40,525 nucleotides of DNA from Octopus bimaculoides (taxonomy: Eukaryota). The notes under the pieces were generated by a model that saw only the letters and a program-made list of their open reading frames with translations, was not told the origin of the DNA and searched no databases. A program made the position numbers and the translations under genes. The DNA lies in NCBI RefSeq assembly GCF_001194135.2, contig NC_069004.1, positions 36,039,551-36,080,075 of the forward strand, given 5' to 3'. Below, one piece after another: positions 11,987 to 25,218 of this stretch. Every line of letters begins with the position of its first letter. Position 1 is the stretch's first letter.

Positions 11987-13714
11987 CAATACATGTATGC
12001 ATGCGTGTGTGTGTGTGGGGTGGGGTGGGGTGGAACCCGTTGGATCTCTTAGAGTCGTTCCATGCTTTTTCTCTGCTGGTTCAAGTGGCTCTGTAATCAC
12101 CGACGATGACACATTGTCGGTACTTCCATGGTTGACTCAACGGAATATCCAGGAACGAGTCAGCCAAGCACTGGTGCAAGCCTGAGAAGAATGAAGCAAC
12201 ACGAAATGGTAGGCCCTGCTTAAGCTTAATGTGACACCCATTACAGGAATCGAACTCACATTTCATAATCAGAATCTGAGCGGCAAAGAATTTTCCTGGG
12301 TCACTCGAACAGAAAGAAGCACAGCGTTGTCATGGGGTCTGATGGGTGTTCTGAGCCAACTTAGCCACTGGGCTCTCACTCATGTGGGGACAGGCGAAAT
12401 GACCCCCAAATATTTTTCTTGTACATCACAATATTATAGATTGTTTTAATTATTGGGTGTTAATATTTTTATCTTTACTTAGTATTTCATTAATTTTCTT
12501 TAGTCTGTTTTATTTAATATCATTTTTACCGTTTCTCCATTTTTATAGAATTCGGTTTGTCCAGCTCCGTATGTATTGAAACCGCTAAGTTTTAATGTTC
12601 AGCGCATTGTCTGTGCGACTTCCTTGTAGCTAATAAAGCTAATAAAGAAAACCTCGTATTTTACCGTGTCAACATTGCTTTACAAGTTTCAATTCTGGAT
12701 TATTATTAGCATTTTTTGTGAACCCCCCTCCCCCAAATCACTTGACTTTTTTCCTGTCAATTCACCTGACTTGTTTCACAGGTGAGCAGTTTGTTATTAA
12801 GTTTGAAAGGGAGAAGGAGGGACCTATTTATTTAATGTAAGTTGACCGTCCATACGATATGTTCATGAGAAATAACCCCCGCTCTTCGAAAAGTTTTTAC
12901 TGATGCACAAAAAAGAAGAAAACGAAAAAATATATATATATTGCAAAATAAAGCACAAAACATTTTAAAAGATATTTCTAGTTTTTGATGCAAATAAGAG
13001 CGATTTTGACGACTCAACAACAACGGAAATAACAACAAGGATTCAATAACAACTTTGCAGATGCTAAATGCAAGGGGGGAAATGTGGATAAGGTCCAGTC
13101 AGAGAAGCAAGTTAGGTCATGGAAAGTCTGTGTTGGAAAAATTTGTCCAAGAATGGACGGGGAAAAAAATAAACATAATTCTGCCTCGAGTAGAGATAGG
13201 GATGCATTTTGCCACCAAAGGATGACATGAAGGAGGACCCGGCCGGTGTGTGGAGTAATCTGCTGGTCATTGGGTGCTGTAGGATTTTCAGTAGAGTCTG
13301 CTTGCTTTTCAGCACAGGACTCAAGGAAGAATGGCAAGGAGACATAGTAAATACGCAGACATCGGCTTGTGCTGCAGGCGACGGGTCAATACAATACAAG
13401 CGTGGCAGGTAGGGTTGATGGCCGACCGCCGTATNNNNNNNNNNNNNNNNNNNNNNNNNNNNNNNNNNNNNNNNNNNNNNNNNNNNNNNNNNNNNNNNNN
13501 NNNNNNNNNNNNNNNNNNNNNNNNNNNNNNNNNNNNNNNNNNNNNNNNNNNNNNNNNNNNNNNNNNNNNNNNNNNNNNNNNNNNNNNNNNNNNNNNNNNN
13601 NNNNNCTTATTGTACAACGACCTAGCCCGGCCCCACTTCTTTCTTGTACGTCAACCGCCCCCTTTTAACGTTATATATAAATTATAAACCTTTGTGATTG
13701 GACAAAACACCTTG

Positions 13715-13890
13715 CGGTATTTTCTCTCTCTTTTTAGATTCTGAGTTCAAATCCCGCCGAAGTCGACTTCGCCTTTCATCTTCGCGGAGTCATTGAAATA
13801 CCAATTATGCACCGAGGTTGACTTTCAATGACAACTCCGTTGCCCCTCCCCTTCTCACAGATTTCTGACTTTCGACTTAAGTTAGAGACG
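13715..13890 (+). mobile_element. SINE family B (gagttcaaatcccgccgaagtcgac...)
   Basis: B-box GTTCAAATCC. Related fragments at about 33055-33105 (+), 30000-30170 (-) and 40140-40240 (-). Confidence 0.65.
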
Positions 13891-14407
13891 ACCCCCCCCC
13901 CCCATTCAAAGGCAATAGAGCATCAATGAGAGAGGAGAGACACTGAACAAAACAATACTTTGCAGTAGTTCCGTCACCGTTCTGAGTTCAAATCTCGTCC
14001 ATTGGTCCATGGGTAGGTAATGGAGATCAGTGTAAGCTACTGTACTCAGCACCCTAAATCTCTAACTGGGAACCTGTGTAGAATCAGTATTTGGTTTCGC
14101 CTTTCTACACTTCAGGTTCAAATCACACCAGAAACGAATTCGCATTTTTCTTTTCGGATCGGTACAATAAAGAACCAGCCAAGTACTGACGATGGAGGAG
14201 AGGTAACATAATCATAATTCGAGGCATTGTCCAAGAAAACGGTTTTAGAACCGTTATCGTTATTGTTGCTGTTGTTTTACAATCACTTAACGAAATGAAG
14301 AATAACAAAAATCAAAACAAAACAGGAACACACGCAGGAGAGTGACAGTGGGAGGAGAGAGATGAACAAGAAGGGGTAAGAGTGGCTGACAGAGACAGAA
14401 AGGGAAA

Positions 14408-14458
<51 letters not shown>

Positions 14459-14814
14459 TCCAGCGTGAAGCGGTGATGATAAAAAGATGAAAGAGGTGCT
14501 AGAAGCTTTCCACTTGAAATTTACTCGAACAAATGTCTCCAACCAAGAACAAAGAGGTGACACATAATAAACGTCACATTTGTCAAAAGTCATTTATGTT
14601 AGAGAAGAGATTAACAAGAAGTGGAGATGGTGGTGACGATGGTGGAAGGATGGCGTGGGAGAAGGGAGACGGGGGTGGCGGGACTGGCTTTGCGCATGCG
14701 CATAAACATTCCTGATGAATGCTGCAATGGAAGCAGCCTTTTTTATATTTTACGTACTTCCGGTTTGAGTATGTCTCATTTCTAGTCTTGAGTTTAGTCT
14801 TTTCTAGAGAGAGG

Positions 14815-15028
14815 GAGTGCGCGCGCGCGTGTGTATACACAAACACACACACATACACATATATATATACAAATATATATACATACATATATATACATAC
14901 ACATATATATATATACATACATATATATGCATACATATACATACATGCATACATATACATACATGCATATATATATATATATATATATATACATACATAC
15001 ACATATATATACACACACACACATATAT

Positions 15029-15061
<33 letters not shown>

Positions 15062-15134
15062 TATATATACACACACACACATATATATATACACACATAC
15101 ATATATATACACACACATACACATATATACACAC

Positions 15135-15193
<59 letters not shown>

Positions 15194-15195
15194 CA
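14815..15195. repeat. Compound (CA/TA/TACA)n-(GA)n microsatellite block
   Basis: Directly visible; the source of several spurious overlapping ORFs. Confidence 0.95.
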
Positions 15196-16945
15196 CGTAG
15201 CTGTGTGTTAAGAAGCATGCTTCCCAGCTTCCCACCCACATGGTTCCTTTGAAATTGCTTTTTGAGTCTGAATTTCTCTCCTCCTCCTGGATTGATTTCC
15301 TGGTGGTCCTATACAGTCCTTCCTCTCTTCAAAGTGTCCCAACATTTCATTGTCCTTTCGATTAGTCCAGTTAATATAGCTGCTAGGTCCCTGCCAAGAT
15401 CTTGTTCTAATTCATTCCATGCTGTGTTGTCAATCACAAGTTGGGTATCAGGGCTAGCATTAAAACATTCTCTTTTATGACTTTTGGGTAGACTATTTCT
15501 TCCCGAGAACTCTACTCTGCAACAAGGGCGATGGTGATGGCTTCTTGACCAAACTCATCAGGTCTCCGCCCGGCACTGCATGCCCTCTCTCCATCATGAT
15601 TTGGTCACAACTGTTGGATCTTCAATCCGATTACGTTTTTGTAAGCCTTTCTGCAATTTTCCACTGCCTTTTGTTGTCCAGGAGTTTCCCATGGTCAGTA
15701 TCGTAATATCCGTCCTTCGGTGTTTCTCATCTTTCCCACTAACTCTCGAGGACGTGGAGCATGGCCTGTTGTTCCATTATATATACATGTGTGTAAGAGA
15801 TAGGGAACAGCGTGGTGGGGGGGAAAGAGAATCAACCTCAGCAATTCACCAACCCCGCTAGGATAAAAGGCTAAGATATACTTGGCAGGAATTGAACTTA
15901 CAATGCAGAGTCAGAATGAATACTTTAAAACATTCTATCACAACTTGCCATTTTATAATGTATGTTGATGTCTATATTTATACACACTGTTGATGAATAC
16001 AGGAATACAAATTACTTCAGCCATTACAGTTAAGATCAGGTTTGTGACTGACTTAAATAGCGACTGTATTGGTAGCAGAGAGAAGGAAGGGGGCACACTT
16101 GTCATCTAAAAAGTGATCGACAATGATTTCCATCTATTAGTGTGAGAAGAGTATAACAAAATATGCTTAGATCTGTTTCATTTTGATAGCAGAGGGTTCA
16201 ACTACATTAAATTTATCTGGCCATTGCATTGTGAGAGGAATTAGTAGAAACTGCATGGAAGCGTGCATGCAGGTGTGTGTGTGTGTGTAAGAAAGTTGTC
16301 TCTTCATGCATGAGAGCATTTGGACAAAAACTGGTGTTGTCATATTTACATTCCCTGTGAACATTACATCACATAACTCTACACTTGAAATAGTGGAATG
16401 AAAAAAAAAATCCCTTGTAAAAGGGGTAATGGTTGGTAACAGGAAGAGCACCCAACTTAAGCAACCAGCTAACTTCTGTCAGCAGAAAGAAACAAATGTA
16501 AAACAAACAAACACNNNNNNNNNNNNNNNNNNNNNNNNNNNNNNNNNNNNNNNNNNNNNNNNNNNNNNNNNNNNNNNNNNNNNNNNNNNNNNNNNNNNNN
16601 NNNNNNNNNNNNNNNNNNNNNNNNNNNNNNNNNNNNNNNNCAACCAGCTAACTTCTGTCAGCAGAAAGAAACAAATGTAAAACAAACAAACACATGCATA
16701 CACACAGAATGTAAGATTTAGAGAGACAATATGTGAGATTTACATTATATACACACACATACAAGGTTATATATTTCAAGAGACCAATGCTATACACATT
16801 GAATATTAATTGTTCTCACTTGCCATGCTGAATGAGAGACATGAGCTGAAAAATTACAATGGTTGTTGCCTTGGGTCTGAAACAGAGAGAAAGACAAGTA
16901 AAATAAGAAAAAAAAAAAGAACAAAGAAATTTTTTTTAAAGAAAA

Positions 16946-16951
16946 TTTATT
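16946..16951 (-). terminator. Candidate polyadenylation signal (AATAAA) for POLR2E
   Basis: First AATAAA I found on the minus strand after the stop codon (about 235 nt downstream). A T-rich tract follows (plus-strand A-run near 16905-16920). Use is not demonstrated. Confidence 0.5.
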
Positions 16952-17184
16952 GCCTAACATTGATGATGATGATGATGTGAATGAAAGAAGACAGAAGTAC
17001 ACAACAAGGAAAATTTCCCTCTGCTCATCACAATATGATATTGTTGAAAGCCGAAGAAGCCATTTCCCTTTCCACTGGGGTTGGTCAGTTGGTTGTGGCA
17101 TTAGAGCAAGAAGGAGAGATTAAGCCATTGTTGTTGTTGATAGAGATGAGTGATGGTGAATAAAGTGCCTCTCCTCTCTGTCCA

Positions 17185-17250
17185 TCAGACCACAAGGCGA
17201 TAGCTTACGTATCGGCCAGCTGTTTCACTGGGCCGGACTATCTTCACAAC
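17185..17250 (-). CDS. POLR2E: RPB5 terminal coding exon 8 (VVKIVRPSETAGRYVSYRLVV*)
   Basis: Acceptor gtttatttctacag, 66 nt ending in TGA (17187-17185). Conserved RPSETAGRY motif; completes a 210-aa protein. Confidence 0.96.
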   Translation of the reverse strand, partial: VVKIVRPSETAGRYVSYRLVV

Positions 17251-20119
17251 CTGTAGAAATAAACAACAACAGAGGATAGCGATTTGCCATTAAAGGATTA
17301 ACACTGCATCCTTACACATATGCACACACCTAACTTTCCCTCACACACAGTCTTCTTCTTTACTCTGCTCCGCAAACACGTACACACAATTTCTTTCTTT
17401 CTCTGATACAGCCCCCCCCCCCACACACACACACACTGTCATACATGTATATACTAATATACATCACACACAACTAAACACCTTTGGCCATTCGCACCTG
17501 TCCACCACCCACATTCACTGTACACACCTGTCCACACCCTAAACAATCATNNNNNNNNNNNNNNNNNNNNNNNNNNNNNNNNNNNNNNNNNNNNNNNNNN
17601 NNNNNNNNNNNNNNNNNNNNNNNNNNNNNNNNNNNNNNNNNNNNNNNNNNNNNNNNNNNNNNCCACCAAGGGAGGCTCCCCACTCCCTCCTCCTCCACAG
17701 TTGCTCGACCTGCTAGAAATAGCAACTAACCTATTGTGATAAATCACTGAAGTTTGATAATTAGGTAACAGCTCTGCCATTCAAAACAGACAGGATGGTC
17801 ATGACTGGAATATCCCACTGAAATGACTTTCACTACTGTCACCCCCAACACCCCTCACTCCCCTCCCTGGGATATCAACTTGGGGGGGGGGGGTGTTGGG
17901 GGAGCAGTTATGACCAACACCCATAAAAGTTAACACTGCAACAACAACCAGCTACACATACACACAAATATACAACAGCACACCACTGCAACATTGCATG
18001 CACATACACACACACAGCTGCAGAAGGGGAGGAGGGAGTGGTGTAAAAAATATTTTATGATTTGTCCAATAAAATGATCTTAAGAGGTGGGGAGAGAAGA
18101 GAGAAGACAACATGAGAGAGAGAGATAGAGATAGAGAGAGAGGGGGGAGAGATGGAGGTTAGGCCAAGACTTTACAAAGAATTCAGAACATTCCAGGCTA
18201 AAATTGGGCACCAAAGTGATGCAGCAGACCTGGTGAAGAAATCTGAAGTGTGTGTATGGAGGCATGTGTGTGTGTGTGTGTGTGTGCGTACATTTATACA
18301 CACGCACATATATATTCTAGTCAATATTATATTAGTGGAGTGAGTATGTGTATGTATACAGCTTAGATTAAGCATGTTTATGTCTGTTTGGAAGTAGATC
18401 TAAGCTGAAAACACTAAAATCTATAAATAGATCAATGTGTTTTGGGGTGTGTGTGTGCGTGTGTATAGATATATTCATTTATTACACATCCACATACACA
18501 GAACAGTGTGTTTTTTGTATGCTTATGTGTATATGTACATCCACAGACACACACACAAATCAATGTGTTTTGGTATGTGTGTGTGTGTGTGTGTGTGTGT
18601 GTTGCATCACAAGGTCTCAATTTCCAGGCTGATGTGTCCTTAAGTAAAACCCTTCATTTCTTATTTGCTCCAACTAACTCATCCATAAACGTGTCGCCCC
18701 ATGATGGACTGATTTTCCATTCAACAGGAATGTCGTCCTGCTTCTCCTGGTCTACAACAGCATCTGATAAGACTGGTGGCTACACACACACACACACACT
18801 TCATAGACCAATTAGCAGAGTGGTTAGTGTATTGGACAGATTACTTTACAGCAAATGATTCCATCTCTGAATGTTGTGGATTCAAATCCTACTGAAGTCA
18901 GTTATACCTCCAAACTTGGGTGGTGCAACTGTGAGGCCACCAAGCAGGATGTCATGGGATATTGCAATGTCCCAGCAAAGTGGTGGAGTTAATTCATTGC
19001 TATTGCAGTCCCTACCTCAGAGCACTTACAAGTGAACAGCAGAAGGAGGAGGAGTTCCAGAGGGGTGATACTGTGGGGAGGAAAGATTGGATGTAGTGGT
19101 TAATAGAGGCCCTGGATTAATGGACACAATGTGGAAAGGGAGTGGAGAAAAGGTGTGTTGAGTGGAATAAAGCAGAGGTTACAGTAGTAGTGGTAAAATC
19201 AGCAGAGGGAGGACATAGTCTCTTAGTTCACACACACACACACATGCAGGCAGCTTCACCATTCCTCACAGGTGAATATAACCTGATAGTTTGTACAATA
19301 CTTTTATTGTTTCAGGTGCCTATGTTCATCATGAGCAGATGTAGACACTCTTCAACTAAGAGGACATCAAGGACATGATATCTGGAGGGAGAGACAGTTG
19401 TAGCCATCGTTGGTTGGTACAAAACAGAGGAGACAGTAGCAACATGAACTGTGTGCTTTGCTCAAGGATGGAACATATGGCTTGCACTAGGAATCAAACT
19501 CATGACTTTATGATAGTAAACCCAACCGCCTAAATTCTAAACCCTCTCTCTCACAAGCACAAACATGGACACTCAATGGTTGATGGTTAAGAACTCCCTT
19601 CATAATCACAAGAGTCTAGGTTTGATACTCCTGCCTGGTGTCTAAGACAAATGTGTTTGCCATAGGCTTGGGCCAACCCAAATCATCTGAGTAAAATTGG
19701 GGAGATGAAAACTGTGTGGAAGCCTTCTGAGTGGATTAATGCCAGTAATTCTCAAGGTCACACTTTGTGTCATGTCAATTGGTTTAAAGCTACATTTGGT
19801 GACCCTTCAACAAATGGTTCTCTAAACGAACAAATTGAATAGCAGTTTTTCCTAAGAAAATTGAACTCACATAACGAGCTGAAATTTGATAAACAATCAA
19901 TGAACAGACTCCAAAAATGTTTAAGTTTCTGAGAAGTCATTTACTTAATGATTTGAAATTTGGTCAACAACAACAACACACTATACTGATGGCTGGGAGA
20001 ACATCTACGGATGGTACACAAAAGGAACAAATTGTATAGCAAAAAGGGTTTCTGAAGAAAATTACATTCAGCCAACGAAATGCAATTCAAACAACTTCAC
20101 AAAGTGGACTCAGCATTCA

Positions 20120-20228
20120 TACAAGCAGCTGGGGGAGAGTACGAGGACAAACGAGAGTACAAGCAGCTGGGAGAGAGTACGAGGACATGAGAGTACAAGC
20201 AGCTGGGAGAGAGTACGAGGACAAACGG
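20120..20228. repeat. Three tandem copies of a 36-38-bp unit (tacaagcagctgggrgagagtacgaggaca...)
   Basis: Copies start at 20120, 20158 and 20194. Confidence 0.9.
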
Positions 20229-20284
20229 TTTGTTTAAAGTCCATGGACGCATTTCGTACAGTTCAATGTAGCTTGTGAATTTTC

Positions 20285-20445
20285 ATATTTTATATCTTTT
20301 ACTTATTTCAATCATTAGACTGCGGCCATGCTGGGGCACTGTCTTCAAGAGTTTTAGTCAAATGAATTGACCCCCAGCACTAATTTTTTGAAATCCTCGT
20401 TCTTATTCTATTGGTCTGTTTTGCCAAAAATGCTAAGCTACAAGG
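20285..20445 (-). mobile_element. SINE family A, 3' tail fragment
   Basis: Reverse complement of the tail (tttacttatttcaatcattagactgcggccatgctggggcac). Confidence 0.7.
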
Positions 20446-20908
20446 ACAAACACACACACACACACACACACGTTTGTGTATATATATAGAATATATATAT
20501 ATANNNNNNNNNNNNNNNNNNNNNNNNNNNNNNNNNNNNNNNNNNNNNNNNNNNNNNNNNNNNNNNNNNNNNNNNNNNNNNNNNNNNNNNNNNNNNNNNN
20601 NNNNNNNNNNNNNNNNNNNNNNNNNNNNNNNNNNNNNNNNNNNNNNNNNNNNNNNNNNNNNNNNNNNNNNNNNNNNNNNNNNNNNNNNNNNNNNNNNNNN
20701 NNNNNNNNNNNNNNNNNNNNNNNNNNNNNNNNNNNNNNNNNNNNNNNNNNNNNNNNNNNNNNNNNNNNNNNNNNNNNNNNNNNNNNNNNNNNNNNNNNNN
20801 NNNNNNNNNNNNNNNNNNNNNNNNNNNNNNNNNNNNNNNNNNNNNNNNNNNNNNNNNNNNNNNNNNNNNNNNNNNNNNNNNNNNNNNNNNNNNNNNNNNN
20901 NNNNNNNN

Positions 20909-20942
<34 letters not shown>

Positions 20943-21543
20943 TAGTATTATAACCCGATTTCATTCGGGTCTACTCGGGCACATTTTAAAGATGAGGAAT
21001 TTTGCCCCAGAGGCCATGCCTTTCAATTGAGCAAACTCCCCACCACTTTTAACATAGATGTACAAATTTTCAGGTCAATCCGACCACATTTATTAACACT
21101 TTTGTCTGCAGTTATGCAGGCAACGTCCGCCCTTCTCACAAATATATAGTATATATATCGTAAATATACACGCTGTATTGATTACTCTTATTATTGTTAC
21201 TAATTATTAAATACAGGGTCATCTGTATAAGGTCTTCCTCAGTCGAACAAATTAATTTGTCACAATTAATTTATAAGCTTCTGTTAATCAAATATTTATT
21301 ACAATTGTTAATTTTTGAAAAGTTTTAGAGTTACATTAATTTATGGGAGGAGGGGGGGGGCATGCAAACACTCCCGATTCTTTGTCCCTTTCAATTGAAA
21401 ACTTGTGGCATATAATTTAAAATAGAACAAGCAGCAAAACTTATCTGCAATCAACACCCGATTTGTGTACGAAACGAAAATTATAGGGATGAAAACAAAC
21501 CAACATCAGTTGCTGAGCAGCAACAGACACGAACAGACACGAC

Positions 21544-21665
21544 GGGCTCCCGTACAGTTTACATCTACTAAAAACCATTCACAAGGCATTAGTCAGCGCA
21601 GAAGGCACTTGCCCGAAGTGCCGCATGTTGGGACTGAACTTGAAACCACGTGATTGCAAAGCGAA
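21544..21665 (-). mobile_element. SINE family A, head and body fragment
   Basis: ggactgaac (reverse complement of the B-box), ggcacttgcccgaagtgcc, catctactaaa. Confidence 0.65.
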
Positions 21666-21722
21666 CTATTTTAGCTGCCAGGCCAGGCCAGGCCAGCACT
21701 CACCATTCTGCAGCTCATTCAT

Positions 21723-21762
<40 letters not shown>

Positions 21763-23314
21763 GTCTCCAGAATAAACAGTTGACAAGAGGTGCGGACACA
21801 GAAAGCCAGTGAGAAACAGCTTCAGCCACACACACACACACACACACAGCTGACATCAAATCCTCCCCCCCCTCTCTCTCTCACCCACCCACACACACAC
21901 TCGCTGACACACAGACGGAAGTACATCAACTGATTTACAAATCTAAAAACAAATTTAATACAAAAACTTTCACTCCAGACCGTTTCCTACGTTTCAATTT
22001 ATTCACCAGAATCGGTGTGACATATTGACCTATATATATATATATACATACACACACACGACCTCCTGACCCATATATTGACCCAGTCAGTTTGCTTACA
22101 CATCGCACGTACTACAGATACTACTACTACAGTAAAACACGCTGAGGCGATGTGTATGGTCTCGTTTCTCAGCGTTAGATACACGCAAACATAAACATCT
22201 CAAACGATAATGTTTCTACACACAGAGTGACAAAAGGACCACACACACACACACACGCATACACACAATGTACATGATTGTGTGTGTGAGAGAGAGAGAC
22301 ATGTATGTTTATAAATCTAAACAGATACGAGCACGCACAGACATAAGTACAAATGTGATTATAAATATATCCGTGAGCATAACTGTGTTTGTGTGTGTAT
22401 ATATATAAATATACACACACACATACACACGAGCAAGCACCGACACAGACATACAAAGCAGATAAACAGGGAGATGGACAAAGCGAAAGAGAGAGGCGGA
22501 GGAAAGAGATCAATTACGAAAAGGGAGAGAGGCGGTAGGAGTTGGTGAAATAAAAGGGGAGGAGGGGTTTACAATTAAGAGAGAAGGAAGAGTTACAATA
22601 GAAAGGGAGGGGCGGGTCTCACAGAGCACGTGGCTGCTGTTATTGTCACCACTACCACCATTTCTTCCTCCTCTCAACACCACCACCATCATCTCACTGA
22701 TTATCCCGTTTCCTCCACCGCCGTCATGAGCGAAAATGAGAAACTCCACTTGGTAATTTCATCTGCTAGAAATAGCAACCAAATTTCCCTTTACTCGCAA
22801 TTCATCCTCTTGAAAAAAGAGGCCACATTGGGAAAATGTAATCCTTGATAGACAATAGTCGTGCCATTCCTATTGGGGTGGCGGCCGTGGCAATATTGTG
22901 TGGTAGTAATGATGGTGTTTGGGTGGGTGGTACCACACTCACCACCACCACACCTACTTTCCAACCTAGCAATTACTGCAACTGCAATAATTACAATCCA
23001 AGAATTTTAATTAAGAATATTATTTCAACTCTTGTGTGTAAGTACATGTGTGTGCGTGAGTGTATACGAAGCCACATTATGGATACAACATGACTGAACA
23101 ATTACGAAATTCAAAATCACGAAATCTCAATTTGTGGTAACTGGAAACGTCGAATGGGAAGACAGTTTTTTTTTTTGTTAAACACATCCTACATCTATGG
23201 TATATTCAACCGCTTACACGCTAATTCGATGAGTCTAGAAGTTCAGTTGATCAAACAATTGACTAGCCATCATTGCAAGAGGTGGAGGATCGATTTACCT
23301 TTCTATGCATATCT

Positions 23315-23450
23315 GCAGTCACAAGGCTTTCGCTGGCCTGGGGCTATAGCAGAACACACTTGCTCAAGGTGCTATGCAGTGGGACCAAACCTGAAACCAT
23401 GTGGTTGGACAGTGAGCTCCTGAACCACACACCCATGGCTGTATGTAGGC
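23315..23450 (-). mobile_element. SINE family A, head fragment
   Basis: ggggctatagcagaacacacttgctcaaggtgc...aaaccatgtggttgg...aaccacacacccatg. Confidence 0.7.
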
Positions 23451-24094
23451 ATGTGCAGTGCGCATGTGCATATGTATGTACTAGCTGAATTAGTAAATCT
23501 TTCTGGAAAAAAAAAAAGAAAAAAAAAAACACAATGAAATTTCGGACTAAGAACACTACTTTGTAGACCTTTTTTTTTTTTTCTTCTTTTAAGAATATAT
23601 TTTTGTTTGATATCCAAATTCCAAACATGCAATTTCAATTCTGTTAAAATTTGTGCACAAATTCAAATCTTTTGAAATCCTTTTCAATTTCTGCTTCAAC
23701 TAATCCTTACCCTAACCCCCAAAATTGCAATCCTAAGCGCTAACACAAAACATTAAATGCAATGTTTCGTCAAGATTGGTTCACTGGTATAGGCAGCAAG
23801 ATGGTAACAGACAGAAATCGTCATTTATGTGTGTGAAAATAAAGGCTGGTATATTATGTTCAATTCTATGTTACACTTGTCTCATTACAATATAAGTTAC
23901 AAGGGATAGACATGCAGAAAACGTACAGCACCTCCATGTTGTAATTCAGCCCAAGATTCAAATAGTATTAGTTTTGAAAATTTGCATCCATGTATGTGTA
24001 TATATGTATGTATGTGTTTGAGTTAGGACATACCGTTGCCTTGACATCAAATGATAGTTGTGAGAGAGTGCCATTGTCATACATGTGGTGGCCT

Positions 24095-24268
24095 TCATTC
24101 CCAATCTCGCATGAGAAACATGTCTGGCCATGGAGAAATATGACCTTGTTTGGAAAGAGGTGAAGGTTGGTGACAGGAGGAGCACCCAGCTGTAGAAAGT
24201 CTGCCTCAAGGAATTCATTCTGTCCCATGCAAACAAGGAAAAGTAGATGTTGATGATGATGAGTCCTA
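24095..24268 (+). mobile_element. Retroposon 3' end with (GAT)n tail
   Basis: ggttggtgacaggaggagcacccagctgtagaa...catgc...gatgatgatga. Related copies at about 34670-34795 (+), 33505-33655 (+) and 35768-35960 (-). Confidence 0.6.
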
Positions 24269-25218
24269 TGACAATCTTCAGGGCCTTCAAGTGTGGTGAT
24301 GGGGGGGGGGCGGTGAACCTGGCCTCAATGGACCCTACTAAAGGTATCCAGAGTGTCAGATGGCAGTGTTAAACTAGATGACAAGTGTGCCATCCAGGTA
24401 GTCCATGGTGGGATTTGAACTCAGAAGACAAAGGCCTGGAACACATACACGAAGGCATCACAACTGATGTTCACCCACCAAAAACTAGTTTCTTTATTGA
24501 TTCTTGAAGAATGAAAAAGCAAACTTGAGCAAGAGTTGAACTCAGAATGCAAAGAATGAAAATATTCTGCCACATGGGTCCACAGAAGCCAGTCTTTCTT
24601 TTTAAGGGTTGATGGTGTTTGAGCAAAGAGACACCATGGAAAGGGATGAGGATCTCTTCTTCTACTTTTAAGTATTTACCTTAAGAATGTCCAACCTCGT
24701 TTCTTAACACCCCTGCCCTGCCACCCTCCACTTGTCTTACCTTCCAGACTGGTAAAATGATAGATGGGGAGGGGTGGTAGTGGGTTGGTGGGGGCTGACA
24801 ACAGCTGGGATCATGAAAAATGGGGGGTGATGGTGGGGGTACGATGAGGGTTACTGAACCCAACCATCACATTACCCAGGTAAGGTGAGATGTGGTGGTG
24901 GTGGTGGTGGTGGCAGTAATGTGTGTGTGTGTGTGTGTTGCTGTCTGATTAAATGGAAGCAGAAGGAACACATCAACCACCGTCACCACCACCACTAATG
25001 AAAAAGTGACAACAATACTTAACTCCAACCACAGGTAAAAGAAAGGCGAGGAAGAAGAGGAAAGACGGTTGTGAATGGACAGCAGACAACAGCAGCCTCC
25101 ACCAGATGGAGCCACTCAGCAGAGTCAACTGCCTCCCTCTACATGTCAATGCCAGGTCCATAGACTCTAGCTTTAATTTACACAACAATGAATTGTTGAT
25201 ACAATGACAGCTGCCCTT

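Noticed and set aside
13100-13434. Possible non-LTR retrotransposon endonuclease-end fragment (SKYADIGLCCRR...)
   Set aside because: The resemblance is too weak to call without a profile search.
15255-15780. Possible minus-strand LINE N-terminal fragment (DNTAWNELEQDL...)
   Set aside because: It looks TE-derived, but I cannot support a family assignment from sequence alone.
16462-16693. 53-nt exact direct repeat on both sides of the gap at 16515-16640
   Set aside because: Typical of unmerged overlapping contig ends; most likely an assembly artefact.
22726-22758. Kozak-like ATG (ccgccgtcATGA) with MSENEKLHL and a GTAATT donor inside the CpG island
   Set aside because: It runs directly into a repeat motif (ctgctagaaatagcaac) also seen at about 17710 and 25830, so it is probably retroposon sequence.
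24767-24795. G-quadruplex-like G-run cluster
   Set aside because: Such G-rich low-complexity tracts are frequent in this window and carry no specific signal.
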